Below are positions 42,140-51,873 of a DNA stretch of 64,000 nt, one piece after another. The notes beneath the pieces are model-generated. The model ran no database searches, had not been told where the DNA came from, and worked only from the letters and a program-made list of their open reading frames with translations. The position numbers were made by a program, and so were the translations under genes. Numbering within the stretch: position 1 is the stretch's first letter; the number at the start of each line of letters is the position of its first letter. Origin of the DNA: an uncultured Bacteroidota bacterium (GTDB lineage Bacteria; Bacteroidota; Ignavibacteria; UBA10030; UBA6906); assembly GCA_963700635.1 (NCBI GenBank), contig CAVOYH010000003.1, positions 1,536,001 to 1,600,000 of the forward strand, read 5' to 3'.

Positions 42140-43375
42140 ATGAAAGCATCAGTCGTTGTTGCAGTGATCGCCCTGCTGTGGGCGGCGGGGCCGTCGGTCG
42201 ACGCGCAAACGCAGTCGGAACGGAAAGGGATGGGCAGCTACACGCCTCCCCAGGAGCTTGTTTCGCTTGCTCCGTCGACGACGCTGGACAAAGCGCTGGG
42301 AATCATCAGCGAAGTCAGCAAGAAATCCACCGGCAAGATCATCATTGACACCGAACGGCGCACGATGCCGATCAACGTCGATATTCAGGGCTTCCCTTGG
42401 CGCGAAGCACTCGAAACCATCTGCCGGAAGAACGGGCTGGCGTTTTCGGAGTTCGAGAGCTACATCCAGATCACGGAGGGCACGACGGGAGAACTGGCGG
42501 GCCCGGTTGGCAGCGGGCGTCCTGTGGCCGGCGGCGCAGTCGCTACCGAGATCCAGAAAGAAGTCGCCACATTCCGGAGCAGGGAGATCAAACTCTCCGC
42601 TATCTTCTTCGAGGTGAACCTGTCAAAGTTGGAAGAGGTGGGGATCAACTGGACCTTCATGAAGAGCACCGGTGATTATTCCATCGGTGCCGAGTTCAAC
42701 GGTGCAGAGGATGTCTCGAAGAACATCTTCAAGACAGAAGTCACGCCCAAAGTGAAATTTGCCAACATGAACTTCGTGGCGAAATTCTTTTCGGACTACA
42801 AACTCGGCGAGATCCTCTCGGGTCCTCAGCTCATCGTGCGCTCGGGCGAGGACGGACGGATTCAGGTCGGCCAGGATTTTTCCATCCGGGAACGTGATTT
42901 CGCGGGGAACCTGATCGACAAGTTCTATAGCGCCGGCACCATCATCAAGGTCAATCCACAGGTCATTGTGGAACAGGGCGTTCCGTTCATCCATGTCGCG
43001 GTCGACATTGAGCGGAGTTCGGTCACGCCTGGTGCGGTGAGCACGATTATCAACAAGACCCAGGCGCAAACCAATCTGCTCCTGCTCGACGGTGAGGAAA
43101 CCATCATCGGCGGTCTGTACAATAATGAGGTCAATACTACCCGTTCGGGCGTCCCGTTTCTGAAGGACCTTCCCTGGTATGTCTTCGGTCTCCGCTATCT
43201 GTTCGGGTACGATAGGGAAGAGATCAACAAGAAGGAACTCGTGATCCTGCTCAAGGCCGAGCTGGTGCCGACACTGCAGGAACGCATCACGCAGAAGACG
43301 AAGGAGGAAGATTTGTACGACAAGTGGCGCGAAGAGAACATGAAGCGCGACAGGAATATCCGGGGGGGGCGATAA
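42140..43375 (+). CDS. pilQ: Secretin (PilQ/GspD family), compact form
   Basis: Signal peptide, N0-like PWREALETI, EVGINW, GRIQVGQ, DGEETIIGGL, GVPFLKDLP, ELVILL. Confidence 0.9.
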   Translation: MKASVVVAVIALLWAAGPSVDAQTQSERKGMGSYTPPQELVSLAPSTTLDKALGIISEVSKKSTGKIIIDTERRTMPINVDIQGFPWREALETICRKNGLAFSEFESYIQITEGTTGELAGPVGSGRPVAGGAVATEIQKEVATFRSREIKLSAIFFEVNLSKLEEVGINWTFMKSTGDYSIGAEFNGAEDVSKNIFKTEVTPKVKFANMNFVAKFFSDYKLGEILSGPQLIVRSGEDGRIQVGQDFSIRERDFAGNLIDKFYSAGTIIKVNPQVIVEQGVPFIHVAVDIERSSVTPGAVSTIINKTQAQTNLLLLDGEETIIGGLYNNEVNTTRSGVPFLKDLPWYVFGLRYLFGYDREEINKKELVILLKAELVPTLQERITQKTKEEDLYDKWREENMKRDRNIRGGR

Positions 43376-43420
43376 GAAGAATCGGGCGTGAGAACAGCCA
43401 CTAGCACAAGAGGAACTTCG

Positions 43421-44872
43421 ATGTTACGGACAGGACTATTGATGGCGGGCGCGGCAGTGATGGCGGTGCTGCTCGCCGGATGTAAGAGCGACGAGACGAC
43501 AGCATCGCAGGGGGAGGGGGTCGTCAGCGGAGTTGTGACGGACGCCTCGAGCCTCGTGTTTCTTGCTGATGTCGCCGTGCAGGCACAGAGTGTCTCCAGC
43601 GGGATCCAGACCGCCAGCACGGATGCCAACGGCGGGTTCAGGATGTCGTTTGCGACCGACAGCATCGCGACCGCCACCGTCACGCTGCGCAAAACAGGCT
43701 ACCGGGATACTACGATCATGGTGTCAGTTCGCCCCGGCACGGTGGTGGTCCTGAATATCGCCCTGCACCCGAAATCTGTCGTCAATCCGGGCGGGACAAC
43801 GAGCGGAATCGCGCAGACGATCGCATTCCTCGGGGCAACGCCTCAGGAAGTGTCCGTCTACGGCGTCGGGGACAAAGAGACATCGGTGCTCGCATGGGAA
43901 GTGCGGGACTCACTGGGTCTCTCGATCGACGCTGCTCATGCGGTGCAGCTGACGTTCACGTCCACCAACGGACCTGGCGGGGGTGAATACACCTCCCCGT
44001 CGTCGGTGACAACCAACGCCGCAGGTCAGGCATACACCACGTTCAACGCCGGTACCCGGTCTGGGGTCGTGCAGGTCACGGCGTCAACGACCGTCGGCGG
44101 TCGGACGATTATATCAAGTCCCGTGCGCCTTGTGATCAACGGCGGATTCCCAGTGCAATCCCATTTCTCGATCGGTGCACAAGTGCACAATTTCCCTGCC
44201 CTGGGTTGGCTGGGACAGGCGAATATCATCACCGTTCTGGTGGGCGACATGTACAGCAACCCTGTTGTCCCCGGAACTGCAGTCTACTTCCGCAGCAGCG
44301 CGGGGGTGGTGCAACCCACCGTCTTCACGGATAAGAACGGGTTCGGCATGGTGACACTGTACAGTGGAAACCCTGATCCGTTCGGAGCATTTGCGGCACC
44401 GGTGTACGGCGACGGGTACCACTACGTTGTGGCGCGGACGCTGGGACAGGGGGGCGTGGTTGTCCAGGACAGCACGCTCATCCTCTGGAGCGGCATAGGC
44501 CAGATCAGTGCCGTGAACCCGACGACATTCGATATCCCCAACGCCGGGTCACAGAACTTCACATTCAAGGTGTCCGATGCCTACGGCCATCCGCTTGCGG
44601 CCGGGACAAAGATCTCGGTGTCCGCGCTGATCCCGCCTCCACCGACGCAGGGACAGCAGCAGAACCAGGTGTCGATTGTCTTCGGCTCCAACGGTACAAT
44701 TGAATTGAACGATGTTCTTTTTGCCGGTCCCGGGACAACAGATTTCTCCTTTACGCTGAAAGACGGAACCTGGAGCATCACGGATGCGACTCCGGTGAAT
44801 ATCGTCATCAATATTACCGGGCCGAATGTCCCGAACACGATGGGCTATACGTTTGGTGGAACGGTGCGCTAG
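43421..44872 (+). CDS. Lipoprotein with carboxypeptidase-regulatory-like and bacterial Ig-like domains
   Basis: Lipobox LLAGC; SGVVTDA...TDANGGF...KTGY; invasin-like TTNAAGQA and DMYSNPVVPGTAVYF repeats. Confidence 0.75.
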   Translation: MLRTGLLMAGAAVMAVLLAGCKSDETTASQGEGVVSGVVTDASSLVFLADVAVQAQSVSSGIQTASTDANGGFRMSFATDSIATATVTLRKTGYRDTTIMVSVRPGTVVVLNIALHPKSVVNPGGTTSGIAQTIAFLGATPQEVSVYGVGDKETSVLAWEVRDSLGLSIDAAHAVQLTFTSTNGPGGGEYTSPSSVTTNAAGQAYTTFNAGTRSGVVQVTASTTVGGRTIISSPVRLVINGGFPVQSHFSIGAQVHNFPALGWLGQANIITVLVGDMYSNPVVPGTAVYFRSSAGVVQPTVFTDKNGFGMVTLYSGNPDPFGAFAAPVYGDGYHYVVARTLGQGGVVVQDSTLILWSGIGQISAVNPTTFDIPNAGSQNFTFKVSDAYGHPLAAGTKISVSALIPPPPTQGQQQNQVSIVFGSNGTIELNDVLFAGPGTTDFSFTLKDGTWSITDATPVNIVINITGPNVPNTMGYTFGGTVR

Positions 44873-44895
44873 GGTAGAAACGACAGCATCGTCTT

Positions 44896-44940
44896 GCGGC
44901 CCCCGGTGTCCACGCGGCATCGGGGGCCGCGCTGTTTGTT
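44896..44940 (+). terminator. Terminator at the end of the T4F operon
   Basis: GCGGCCCCCG / CGGGGGCCGC stem followed by CTGTTTGTT. Confidence 0.7.
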
Positions 44941-45006
44941 GCATTTCCTCGCCGAAAACCGTAGGTTGGTCACGCCTGTACCACCATCAATGATGTTCCT
45001 CTTACA

Positions 45007-47835
45007 GTGTTTGACAGCATTCTCATCCGGGGAGCCCGGGTCCACAATCTCAAGAACGTCACCCTCGAGATTCCCCGGAACACCCTCACCGTTGTGACCG
45101 GCGTCAGTGGCTCGGGGAAATCGAGCCTCGCGTTCGACACAATCTATGCGGAAGGTCAGCGCCGGTACGTGGAGAGCCTCTCCTCCTATGCCCGGCAGTT
45201 CCTTGAGCGAATGGACAAACCGGACGTTGACCTGATCCAGGGGATCGGGCCGGCCATGGCCATCGAACAACGGGCCAATACCCGCAATCCCCGGTCAACC
45301 GTCGGTACCTCGACAGAAGTCTACGACTATCTCCGTCTGCTCTTCGCGCGGATCGGCCGGACCTACTGCTCAAACTGCGGAAAGCTGGTCGAGCGTGACT
45401 CCGTGCAGACCGTTTCCGACACCGTGCAGGAGCGATTCGCTGCACTGGGCTGTCGGGAACTCCGGCTGTATGTCACCTTTCCGCTCCCGATCCATCCGAA
45501 CGAGAAGCTGTCGCAGGCCGTGTCAAACCTGACCAAAGAGGGATTCTTCCGGGTGTTGATCGGCGGTGCGATGATCGATCTCAACGAAGCCCGTGTCCCG
45601 ACCCGCACACGCCCCGCCGATGTCGACGTCATCGTTGACCGGTTGGTGTACAGAGGTCCGGACGACGCAGAGCGGATTGCCGATTCTGTAGAGACGGCAT
45701 TCGCCTCGGGCGCAGGACTGGCCTCCGTTGTGCTGACAGACCCCCCGGAGCGTCTCAATTTCAATAGAAATTTCGCCTGTCCCGATTGCCATCTGACGTA
45801 CGAAGAGCCCGATCCCCGCCTCTTTTCCTTCAACAACCCCTACGGTGCGTGTCCGGAATGTCAGGGGTTTGGTCGTGCCATCGGGATCGACATGGATCTT
45901 GTTGTGCCGAACAAAGGAAAGACCCTGCGCGGGGGAGCGATCCAGCCCTGGACCACGCCGAAATTCCGTGAATACCTTCGTGCTCTCCTCCGTGCTGCTC
46001 CGAACGCGGGGATCAGGGTTGACGTTCCGTTTCGCGATCTCCGGGAGGAGGAACTCACGCTCCTGCGGGAAGGGACGAACGGTTTTGACGGGATCGATCC
46101 GTTCTTCCGGATGGTCGAAAAGAAGGCGTACAAGATATACTACAGGGTCCTGCTCAGCCGGTACCGGGCGTACACGACCTGCCCGCTGTGTGACGGGGCA
46201 CGTCTGCGGTCGGAGGCTCTCAATGTCCGCGTCGCCGATGCCCGTCTTCCCGATGTTGTGCGGATGACAATTGACCGGGCACGGCACTTTATCGAGAATC
46301 TCACGCTCTCGCCCTACGAAGCCACGGTTGCGCGCCGCATTCTGGAGGAACTGAAAAAACGGCTTGCCTATCTCGACGATGTTGGCATCGGTTATCTTAC
46401 ATTGGACCGGCTTTCGGGCACCCTGTCCGGAGGGGAATCCCAGAGGATCAATCTCGCAACCTCCCTTGGCTCGTCACTGGTCGGTGCCGTCTACGTCCTG
46501 GACGAACCAAGTATCGGTCTTCATCCCCGGGACAACGGACGATTGATCGGCATCCTTCAAAAACTCCGTTCGGCGGGGAACACGGTGATTGTTGTCGAGC
46601 ACGATGCCGACATGATGCGTGCCAGCGACAGGATTGTGGATATGGGACCCCACGCCGGCGAACGCGGGGGAGAGGTGGTCTTCAATGGAACGTACAAAGA
46701 GATTCTGCAGCACCCGGACTCCCTGACCGGAGCATATCTTTCGGGTCGCAAGAGTATTCCAGTCCCCGGTTCGCGCCGTGATGTGAACGGCTATGCGCTC
46801 ACGATTGTCGGTGCGCGGGAACACAACCTCAAAGATGTTGATGTTACAATTCCGCTCCGCTCTCTGGTCTGTGTGACGGGCGTCAGCGGGAGCGGCAAAA
46901 GCACGCTTGTGCATGAGATTCTGCACAAGGGTCTGCTCCGGATCTTCGGAACCGGGTCGGGGAAGGCGGGAATCCATCGGGAACTGGTGGGTGCGCAGCA
47001 TCTCAGCGCGGTGGAGATGGTCGACCAGTCCCCGATCGGCCGAACGCCACGGTCGAATCCCGTGACGTACATCCAGGTATTTGATCTTATCCGGACGTTG
47101 TTTGCGGGGACGGCTGCAGCACGTGTCCACGGTCTTAAACCCGGAGCCTTTTCGTTCAACGTCCCCGGCGGCAGGTGCGATGCATGCGAGGGAGACGGCG
47201 TCGTGAAGGTGGAGATGCAGTTCCTCGCAGATCTCTATCTCATCTGCGACGTCTGTAAGGGGACCCGCTTCAAGAAAGAAATCCTGGACGTACGGTACAG
47301 AGGGAAGAACATTGACGACGTGCTTGGGATGACCGTTGACGATGCCATTGCGTTCTACGGTCAGGAAGCGAGCGGGAGAAAGGTCGCAGAACGCCTGAAG
47401 GTGCTCCGGGATGTCGGCCTCGGGTACATCAGGCTCGGGCAGCCTGCAACGTCATTGTCGGGCGGTGAGGCACAGCGTGTCAAGCTTGCCGCACACCTGG
47501 CCTCTCCACCTGCGGATCAGCACACGTTGTTTCTATTCGATGAGCCAACCACCGGTCTGCATTTTGACGACATTGCGAAACTCCTCACCTGCTTCGACGC
47601 GCTGCTGGATGCCGGGAATTCCGTTGTCATCATCGAGCACAACCTGGACGTGATCAAATGTGCGGACTGGGTCATCGATCTTGGTCCGGAGGCGGGAGAC
47701 GAAGGGGGGAACGTTGTCATCGCGGGGACCCCGGAAGAGGTCGCCCACGAACCACGGTCCCACACCGGACGGCATCTTGCCGGCGTCCTTGACGCCGGGC
47801 CGCCGCCCCGCCGGAAGAAATCCGCCCGTCGATAA
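45007..47835 (+). CDS. uvrA: Excinuclease ABC subunit UvrA
   Basis: [32 protein letters not shown], Zn fingers, two LSGGE signatures, second GVSGSGKS; TTGCAT-N17-TAGGTT at 44939-44967. Confidence 0.96.
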   Translation: MFDSILIRGARVHNLKNVTLEIPRNTLTVVTGVSGSGKSSLAFDTIYAEGQRRYVESLSSYARQFLERMDKPDVDLIQGIGPAMAIEQRANTRNPRSTVGTSTEVYDYLRLLFARIGRTYCSNCGKLVERDSVQTVSDTVQERFAALGCRELRLYVTFPLPIHPNEKLSQAVSNLTKEGFFRVLIGGAMIDLNEARVPTRTRPADVDVIVDRLVYRGPDDAERIADSVETAFASGAGLASVVLTDPPERLNFNRNFACPDCHLTYEEPDPRLFSFNNPYGACPECQGFGRAIGIDMDLVVPNKGKTLRGGAIQPWTTPKFREYLRALLRAAPNAGIRVDVPFRDLREEELTLLREGTNGFDGIDPFFRMVEKKAYKIYYRVLLSRYRAYTTCPLCDGARLRSEALNVRVADARLPDVVRMTIDRARHFIENLTLSPYEATVARRILEELKKRLAYLDDVGIGYLTLDRLSGTLSGGESQRINLATSLGSSLVGAVYVLDEPSIGLHPRDNGRLIGILQKLRSAGNTVIVVEHDADMMRASDRIVDMGPHAGERGGEVVFNGTYKEILQHPDSLTGAYLSGRKSIPVPGSRRDVNGYALTIVGAREHNLKDVDVTIPLRSLVCVTGVSGSGKSTLVHEILHKGLLRIFGTGSGKAGIHRELVGAQHLSAVEMVDQSPIGRTPRSNPVTYIQVFDLIRTLFAGTAAARVHGLKPGAFSFNVPGGRCDACEGDGVVKVEMQFLADLYLICDVCKGTRFKKEILDVRYRGKNIDDVLGMTVDDAIAFYGQEASGRKVAERLKVLRDVGLGYIRLGQPATSLSGGEAQRVKLAAHLASPPADQHTLFLFDEPTTGLHFDDIAKLLTCFDALLDAGNSVVIIEHNLDVIKCADWVIDLGPEAGDEGGNVVIAGTPEEVAHEPRSHTGRHLAGVLDAGPPPRRKKSARR

Positions 47836-47923
47836 CTCGCGTGATGTTCACTCAGGGGTGACAGTGGAGAGCTTCGTGACGCACGTCACGGACATGCAGA
47901 GGAGAGGATTGTATATTGACCGT

Positions 47924-48000
47924 GTCAGAAAACTTGAAAGGCATTGGCTTCACGACGGGTGAAGGGGAGATCCCTCGCGACGGCCAGTGCCTTTCGCCAT
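47924..48000 (+). ncRNA. Candidate small structured RNA
   Basis: 13-bp closing stem (47936-47948 with 47983-47995) enclosing short hairpins, downstream of a CRP/FNR-like site and a TATATT -10. Confidence 0.35.
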
Positions 48001-48001
48001 T

Positions 48002-48778
48002 CTATACTGCCACGCCAACGTTCAGGCTGATGACAAACCCGCCAAAGTTCTTCTTGGTTGTCGAGACTTCCCGTGTACGTGAATTGTACAGCGACGGGAG
48101 CCCTTCGCCGAACATGTACGTGATGTAGTACCGGAAATTGATGCCGAACACATTCGACCGTTCGGTGCCGAAGTTCGCCCCGAATCCCACGTATCCGCCC
48201 ACCGTATAGTGCGGTTGTCCTTTCCCCAGGCTCTTGAAGAATTCGACCTGCTGGGTTTCGATGTACCCGTCATCGTGGAACACAAAGTTCACGTACGGCA
48301 TCTGATAGATCATAGCCGGCCCGGCAGCAGCATTGATATACGGGCGGAACGTATCCACGATATCTTCCCGGAAGAGGCGATACTGGATACCCACCATGAG
48401 AGGGAGAACGAGAAAGCGGTTCAATTTCCCGGGAGTGTACGAGACACCGAAATACGGGTCGAAATACTCGAACTCACGCTCGTCTTTCGACTCGGAGATT
48501 GAAAGGCCGATAAACCCTGAGAGATCTTCAGTGAACGACCGCCGATACATGCCGCCCAGCCCGAAGCCATCATTGGAGATCAGGATGTCGAGACTCCAGA
48601 CATTGGGATACCGATCAGGGCTGGTGGGGTCGGCGGGGAGGGCTCCCGCCTGGAGTGTATCCGACGTGGCCCGCGGCTCCCATCCCGTGGTGCGGGGTGA
48701 CTGTGCCGTGGCCAGGACCGGCAGTGCCAGGCTCAAGCACAGAAGTATGAACCTGAAACAGCGGCTGTGGTGTTTCAT
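48002..48778 (-). CDS. Probable outer-membrane beta-barrel protein
   Basis: Signal peptide (ATA-Q), alternating Gly/aromatic strands, FRPYINAAAG, terminal strand FVISLNVGVAV. Confidence 0.7.
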   Translation of the reverse strand: MKHHSRCFRFILLCLSLALPVLATAQSPRTTGWEPRATSDTLQAGALPADPTSPDRYPNVWSLDILISNDGFGLGGMYRRSFTEDLSGFIGLSISESKDEREFEYFDPYFGVSYTPGKLNRFLVLPLMVGIQYRLFREDIVDTFRPYINAAAGPAMIYQMPYVNFVFHDDGYIETQQVEFFKSLGKGQPHYTVGGYVGFGANFGTERSNVFGINFRYYITYMFGEGLPSLYNSRTREVSTTKKNFGGFVISLNVGVAV

Positions 48779-48849
48779 GGTGTCCTCGCGATCGTTCTCT
48801 CTCTACAACATCTGCTCTGCAAAATAGGTTCTTGGCAGGGCAAAAGCAA

Positions 48850-50034
48850 TCAGAGGATCCTGAAGACGCCGAACTTGAGGTAGTGTGTTTCCGGAACGGT
48901 GGGCAGGGTGGGATGATCAGGCGATGCTCCCCGCCACTCGAGAAGTTGGATTTCCCGGTTTGACTTGCGTGCCGTTTCCGCAATCAGGTCAATGAAGGTC
49001 GACGGGAGAAGGTGGTGCGAACAGGAGGCAGTGAGAAGCGTTCCACCGCGGACAAGAACACGGAAGGCACTCCTGTGCAGATCCTTGTACCCTTTCTTTG
49101 CCGTGGGTACGGTCTTCCGGCTCTTTGTGAATGAGGGAGGATCCAGGACTACGACGTCAAATCGTTCCTCCCGGGCGGCCATCGTATTCAGGGAGGCAAA
49201 CACATCAGCCTCTTCAAAGCGGACATGTGCGAGCCCGTTGGCCTGTGCGTTTGCCTTCGCGCGTCCGATCGCTTCCGCGGAGCTGTCAATGCCGACGACC
49301 TCCGCCGCACCGGCCGACGCGGCATGGAGTGCAAACCCGCCGTCATTACAGAAACAGTCCAGCACGCGGCTCCCGGGGCTGAAAGGGCGAATAAGCGGGC
49401 GGTTGGCTCTCTGGTCAAGAAAAAAGCCCGTTTTCTGACCTTCTCCGAGATCGATGGTGAAGCGGACAATACCATCATCGAACCGGACTACTCCTCCAGT
49501 TCCGCGGAGCACTTCTCTGCGCAGAGGGAGTCCTTCGAGGAGCCGGAGTGACGATTCGTTCCGCTCCAGGATGCCGGCCGGATGGAACAGCTCTTCCAGC
49601 ACGTCACAGATGAGAGGAAGCCGCAGATCCATCCCGAAGGCGAAGGTTTGCACGACGAAAAAGTCTTCGAACCGATCGATGATCAGTCCCGGGAGAAAGT
49701 CCGCCTCCCCATGGACAAGCCGATAGACTCGACTTTCGGGAAACAACCGGGCACGTAGCCTTTCAGCCTGGGCAAATCGCTCATGGAAGAACAGTGCGTC
49801 AGGTTCTCGCGGTGTTGTCGAGAAGAGCCTGCACGCGATGAGGGAATTGGGATGATACAATCCGACGCCGATCAGCTTCCCTCCGGCGTCATGGACTTCG
49901 ACGACATCGCCGGGAAGGGGAGACCCGAGCGTTTGCCGGATTTCGTTGCTGAATACCCATGGATGCCCCGCTCGGATTCGGCGGTCTTCGTTCTTGCGCA
50001 GGAGTATCTGTTTCTTCCCGGAGGAGGTATTCAT
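48850..50034 (-). CDS. RlmI-like class I SAM-dependent rRNA methyltransferase (PUA domain)
   Basis: GHPWVFSNE, GEADFLPGLIIDRF, GQKTGFFLDQR, FDVVVLDPPSF, SCS, YLK. Confidence 0.9.
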   Translation of the reverse strand: MNTSSGKKQILLRKNEDRRIRAGHPWVFSNEIRQTLGSPLPGDVVEVHDAGGKLIGVGLYHPNSLIACRLFSTTPREPDALFFHERFAQAERLRARLFPESRVYRLVHGEADFLPGLIIDRFEDFFVVQTFAFGMDLRLPLICDVLEELFHPAGILERNESSLRLLEGLPLRREVLRGTGGVVRFDDGIVRFTIDLGEGQKTGFFLDQRANRPLIRPFSPGSRVLDCFCNDGGFALHAASAGAAEVVGIDSSAEAIGRAKANAQANGLAHVRFEEADVFASLNTMAAREERFDVVVLDPPSFTKSRKTVPTAKKGYKDLHRSAFRVLVRGGTLLTASCSHHLLPSTFIDLIAETARKSNREIQLLEWRGASPDHPTLPTVPETHYLKFGVFRIL

Positions 50035-50094
50035 AAGGGTCTCATAAGAGGGGAACACTAAGGTACGAAGAGCAGCCTGCAACCGCAAGGGTAA

Positions 50095-50123
50095 TTGAAT
50101 TTCCCAGCCATCTTGCGTATCTT
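50095..50123 (+). promoter_or_regulatory. sigma70-type promoter
   Basis: TTGAAT-N17-TATCTT upstream of the HAD gene. Confidence 0.6.
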
Positions 50124-50159
50124 ATATGTTTGGCAATCCATTCACATCGTCCTGGAACA

Positions 50160-50849
50160 ATGCGCATACCCCCGCGGCTTTCCTGTGTAGTCTTTGATGT
50201 TGATGGTACTCTGACCAGCACGAATGCGCTCATTTTTGCAACGTTCAACGACGTTGCGGAACGGCATCTCGGGCGTGCATTCACTCCGGCGGAGATCATC
50301 GGGCTTTTTGGCCCCCCCGAGGAAGGTGCAGTGGAGAAGTTGTTCGGGTTGGAACGTGTGCCGACGATCATGGATGAGATGTGTGCGTATTACAGGGAGC
50401 ATCATCGTGCTCTGGCGCGGCTGCATGACGGAATGGATGAAGGGCTGCGGTTGTTGCATGAGAGCGGAATCAAGCTGGCCGTATTCACCGGGAAGGGGCG
50501 CAGGACAGCGTCGATAACGCTCGAGATCCTGGGGATTGCCGGCTATTTCGACATGATTGTCACAGGGAACGACGTCATGCGTCACAAGCCCGATCCGGAC
50601 GGGCTTGTACAGGTCCTTGCGGGCCTCGGGGTGCCACCCGGAGAAACCGTTATGGTCGGCGATTCTATGGCAGATGTCCGTGCCTCCCGCGGCGCGGGAG
50701 TCACGATGGCCGCTGTCCTCTGGGATGCGTACGATCGTCAGCGCGTTGTTGAGGCCGGAGCGGACCTGGTCTTTGACACGGTGCCGGAGTTTCTTGCCTG
50801 GTGCCGTTCCCACGTGGACGGGACCGTGCCCGGCGAGAGAACATCGTGA
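50160..50849 (+). CDS. HAD-family hydrolase (PpaX/Gph-like)
   Basis: FDVDGTL, VFTGK, HKPDP, MVGDSMAD. Confidence 0.9.
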   Translation: MRIPPRLSCVVFDVDGTLTSTNALIFATFNDVAERHLGRAFTPAEIIGLFGPPEEGAVEKLFGLERVPTIMDEMCAYYREHHRALARLHDGMDEGLRLLHESGIKLAVFTGKGRRTASITLEILGIAGYFDMIVTGNDVMRHKPDPDGLVQVLAGLGVPPGETVMVGDSMADVRASRGAGVTMAAVLWDAYDRQRVVEAGADLVFDTVPEFLAWCRSHVDGTVPGERTS

Positions 50850-50880
50850 TGGGCCCACAATTTCAGGCAGGGAGCAGTGC

Positions 50881-51873
50881 ATGGAACACGTACGGATAGG
50901 TGTGGTCGGGGTCGGCCATCTCGGCGCGCTGCATGCGAAGATGGTGTCGGACATACCCGGGGCACAATTTGTCGGGGTGTTCGATACGGATGCCGGCAAG
51001 TCCCAGGCGGTGGCCTCGGCCTACGGTGTGACGTCCTTCTCGGAGCTGGGAGCATTGCTGGAGCGGGTGGATGCGATCACCGTTGCCACGACGACATCGA
51101 CCCACTTCGCAGTTGCACAGGAAGCACTCCGGCGAAGGATCCATGTCTTCCTCGAAAAACCGATCACAGAGACCATTGCTGAAGCTGAGCAGTTGTGTGC
51201 CCTCGCGCGCGAGCATGCGACGACCGTGCAGGTTGGCCATATCGAACGATTCAATCCTGCAATACTCGCGTTGGACGGCTTTCCGCTCCACCCGCTGTTC
51301 GTGGAGTCGCACCGCCTCGCGCAGTTCAAGCCGCGAGGCACAGATGTGGCGGTTGTTCTCGACCTCATGATCCACGACATCGATCTCATCCTGACCTTCG
51401 TCAAGTCGCCCGTCAGCAGAATCGATGCCAGCGGAGTGGCGGTGGTTTCGGACACCATCGATATCGCGAACGCCCGATTGCAGTTTGAGAATGGCTGCGT
51501 TGCAAATGTGACCGCGAGCCGGATTTCCCAGAGAAGCATGAGGAAGATGCGCATGTTTCAACACAACGCATATATCTCCCTCGACTTTTCCGAGGGAATG
51601 GCAGAAGTCTTCCGGCTGGTCCCGGAAGGCAGTCCTGATGTCCGCGGAGCGATGGTCCTCGGAGAAATGGGAATCGGCAAGAACCGGAAGAAGATCATGT
51701 ATGAACAGCCGGAACCGCGCGAAGTGAATGCGCTGCGCTACGAACTGCAGCTGTTTATCGACGCCGTGCGCCAGGGGACAGCTCCCGTCGTGACGGCTGA
51801 GGACGCGACACGAGCGCTCGTGGTTGCGATGGACATCATGCAGAAAATCGGTCAGCAAAACGTGCCCGTCTAG
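50881..51873 (+). CDS. Gfo/Idh/MocA-family oxidoreductase (GnnA-like)
   Basis: GVVGVGHLG, LEKPI, VGHIERFNPA, DLMIHDID, TASRIS. Confidence 0.88.
   Translation: MEHVRIGVVGVGHLGALHAKMVSDIPGAQFVGVFDTDAGKSQAVASAYGVTSFSELGALLERVDAITVATTTSTHFAVAQEALRRRIHVFLEKPITETIAEAEQLCALAREHATTVQVGHIERFNPAILALDGFPLHPLFVESHRLAQFKPRGTDVAVVLDLMIHDIDLILTFVKSPVSRIDASGVAVVSDTIDIANARLQFENGCVANVTASRISQRSMRKMRMFQHNAYISLDFSEGMAEVFRLVPEGSPDVRGAMVLGEMGIGKNRKKIMYEQPEPREVNALRYELQLFIDAVRQGTAPVVTAEDATRALVVAMDIMQKIGQQNVPV

Noticed and set aside
28964-44940. Pilus locus as a tRNA-integrated genomic island
   Set aside because: No integrase, no repeat of the tRNA 3' end noticed, and no obvious compositional shift.
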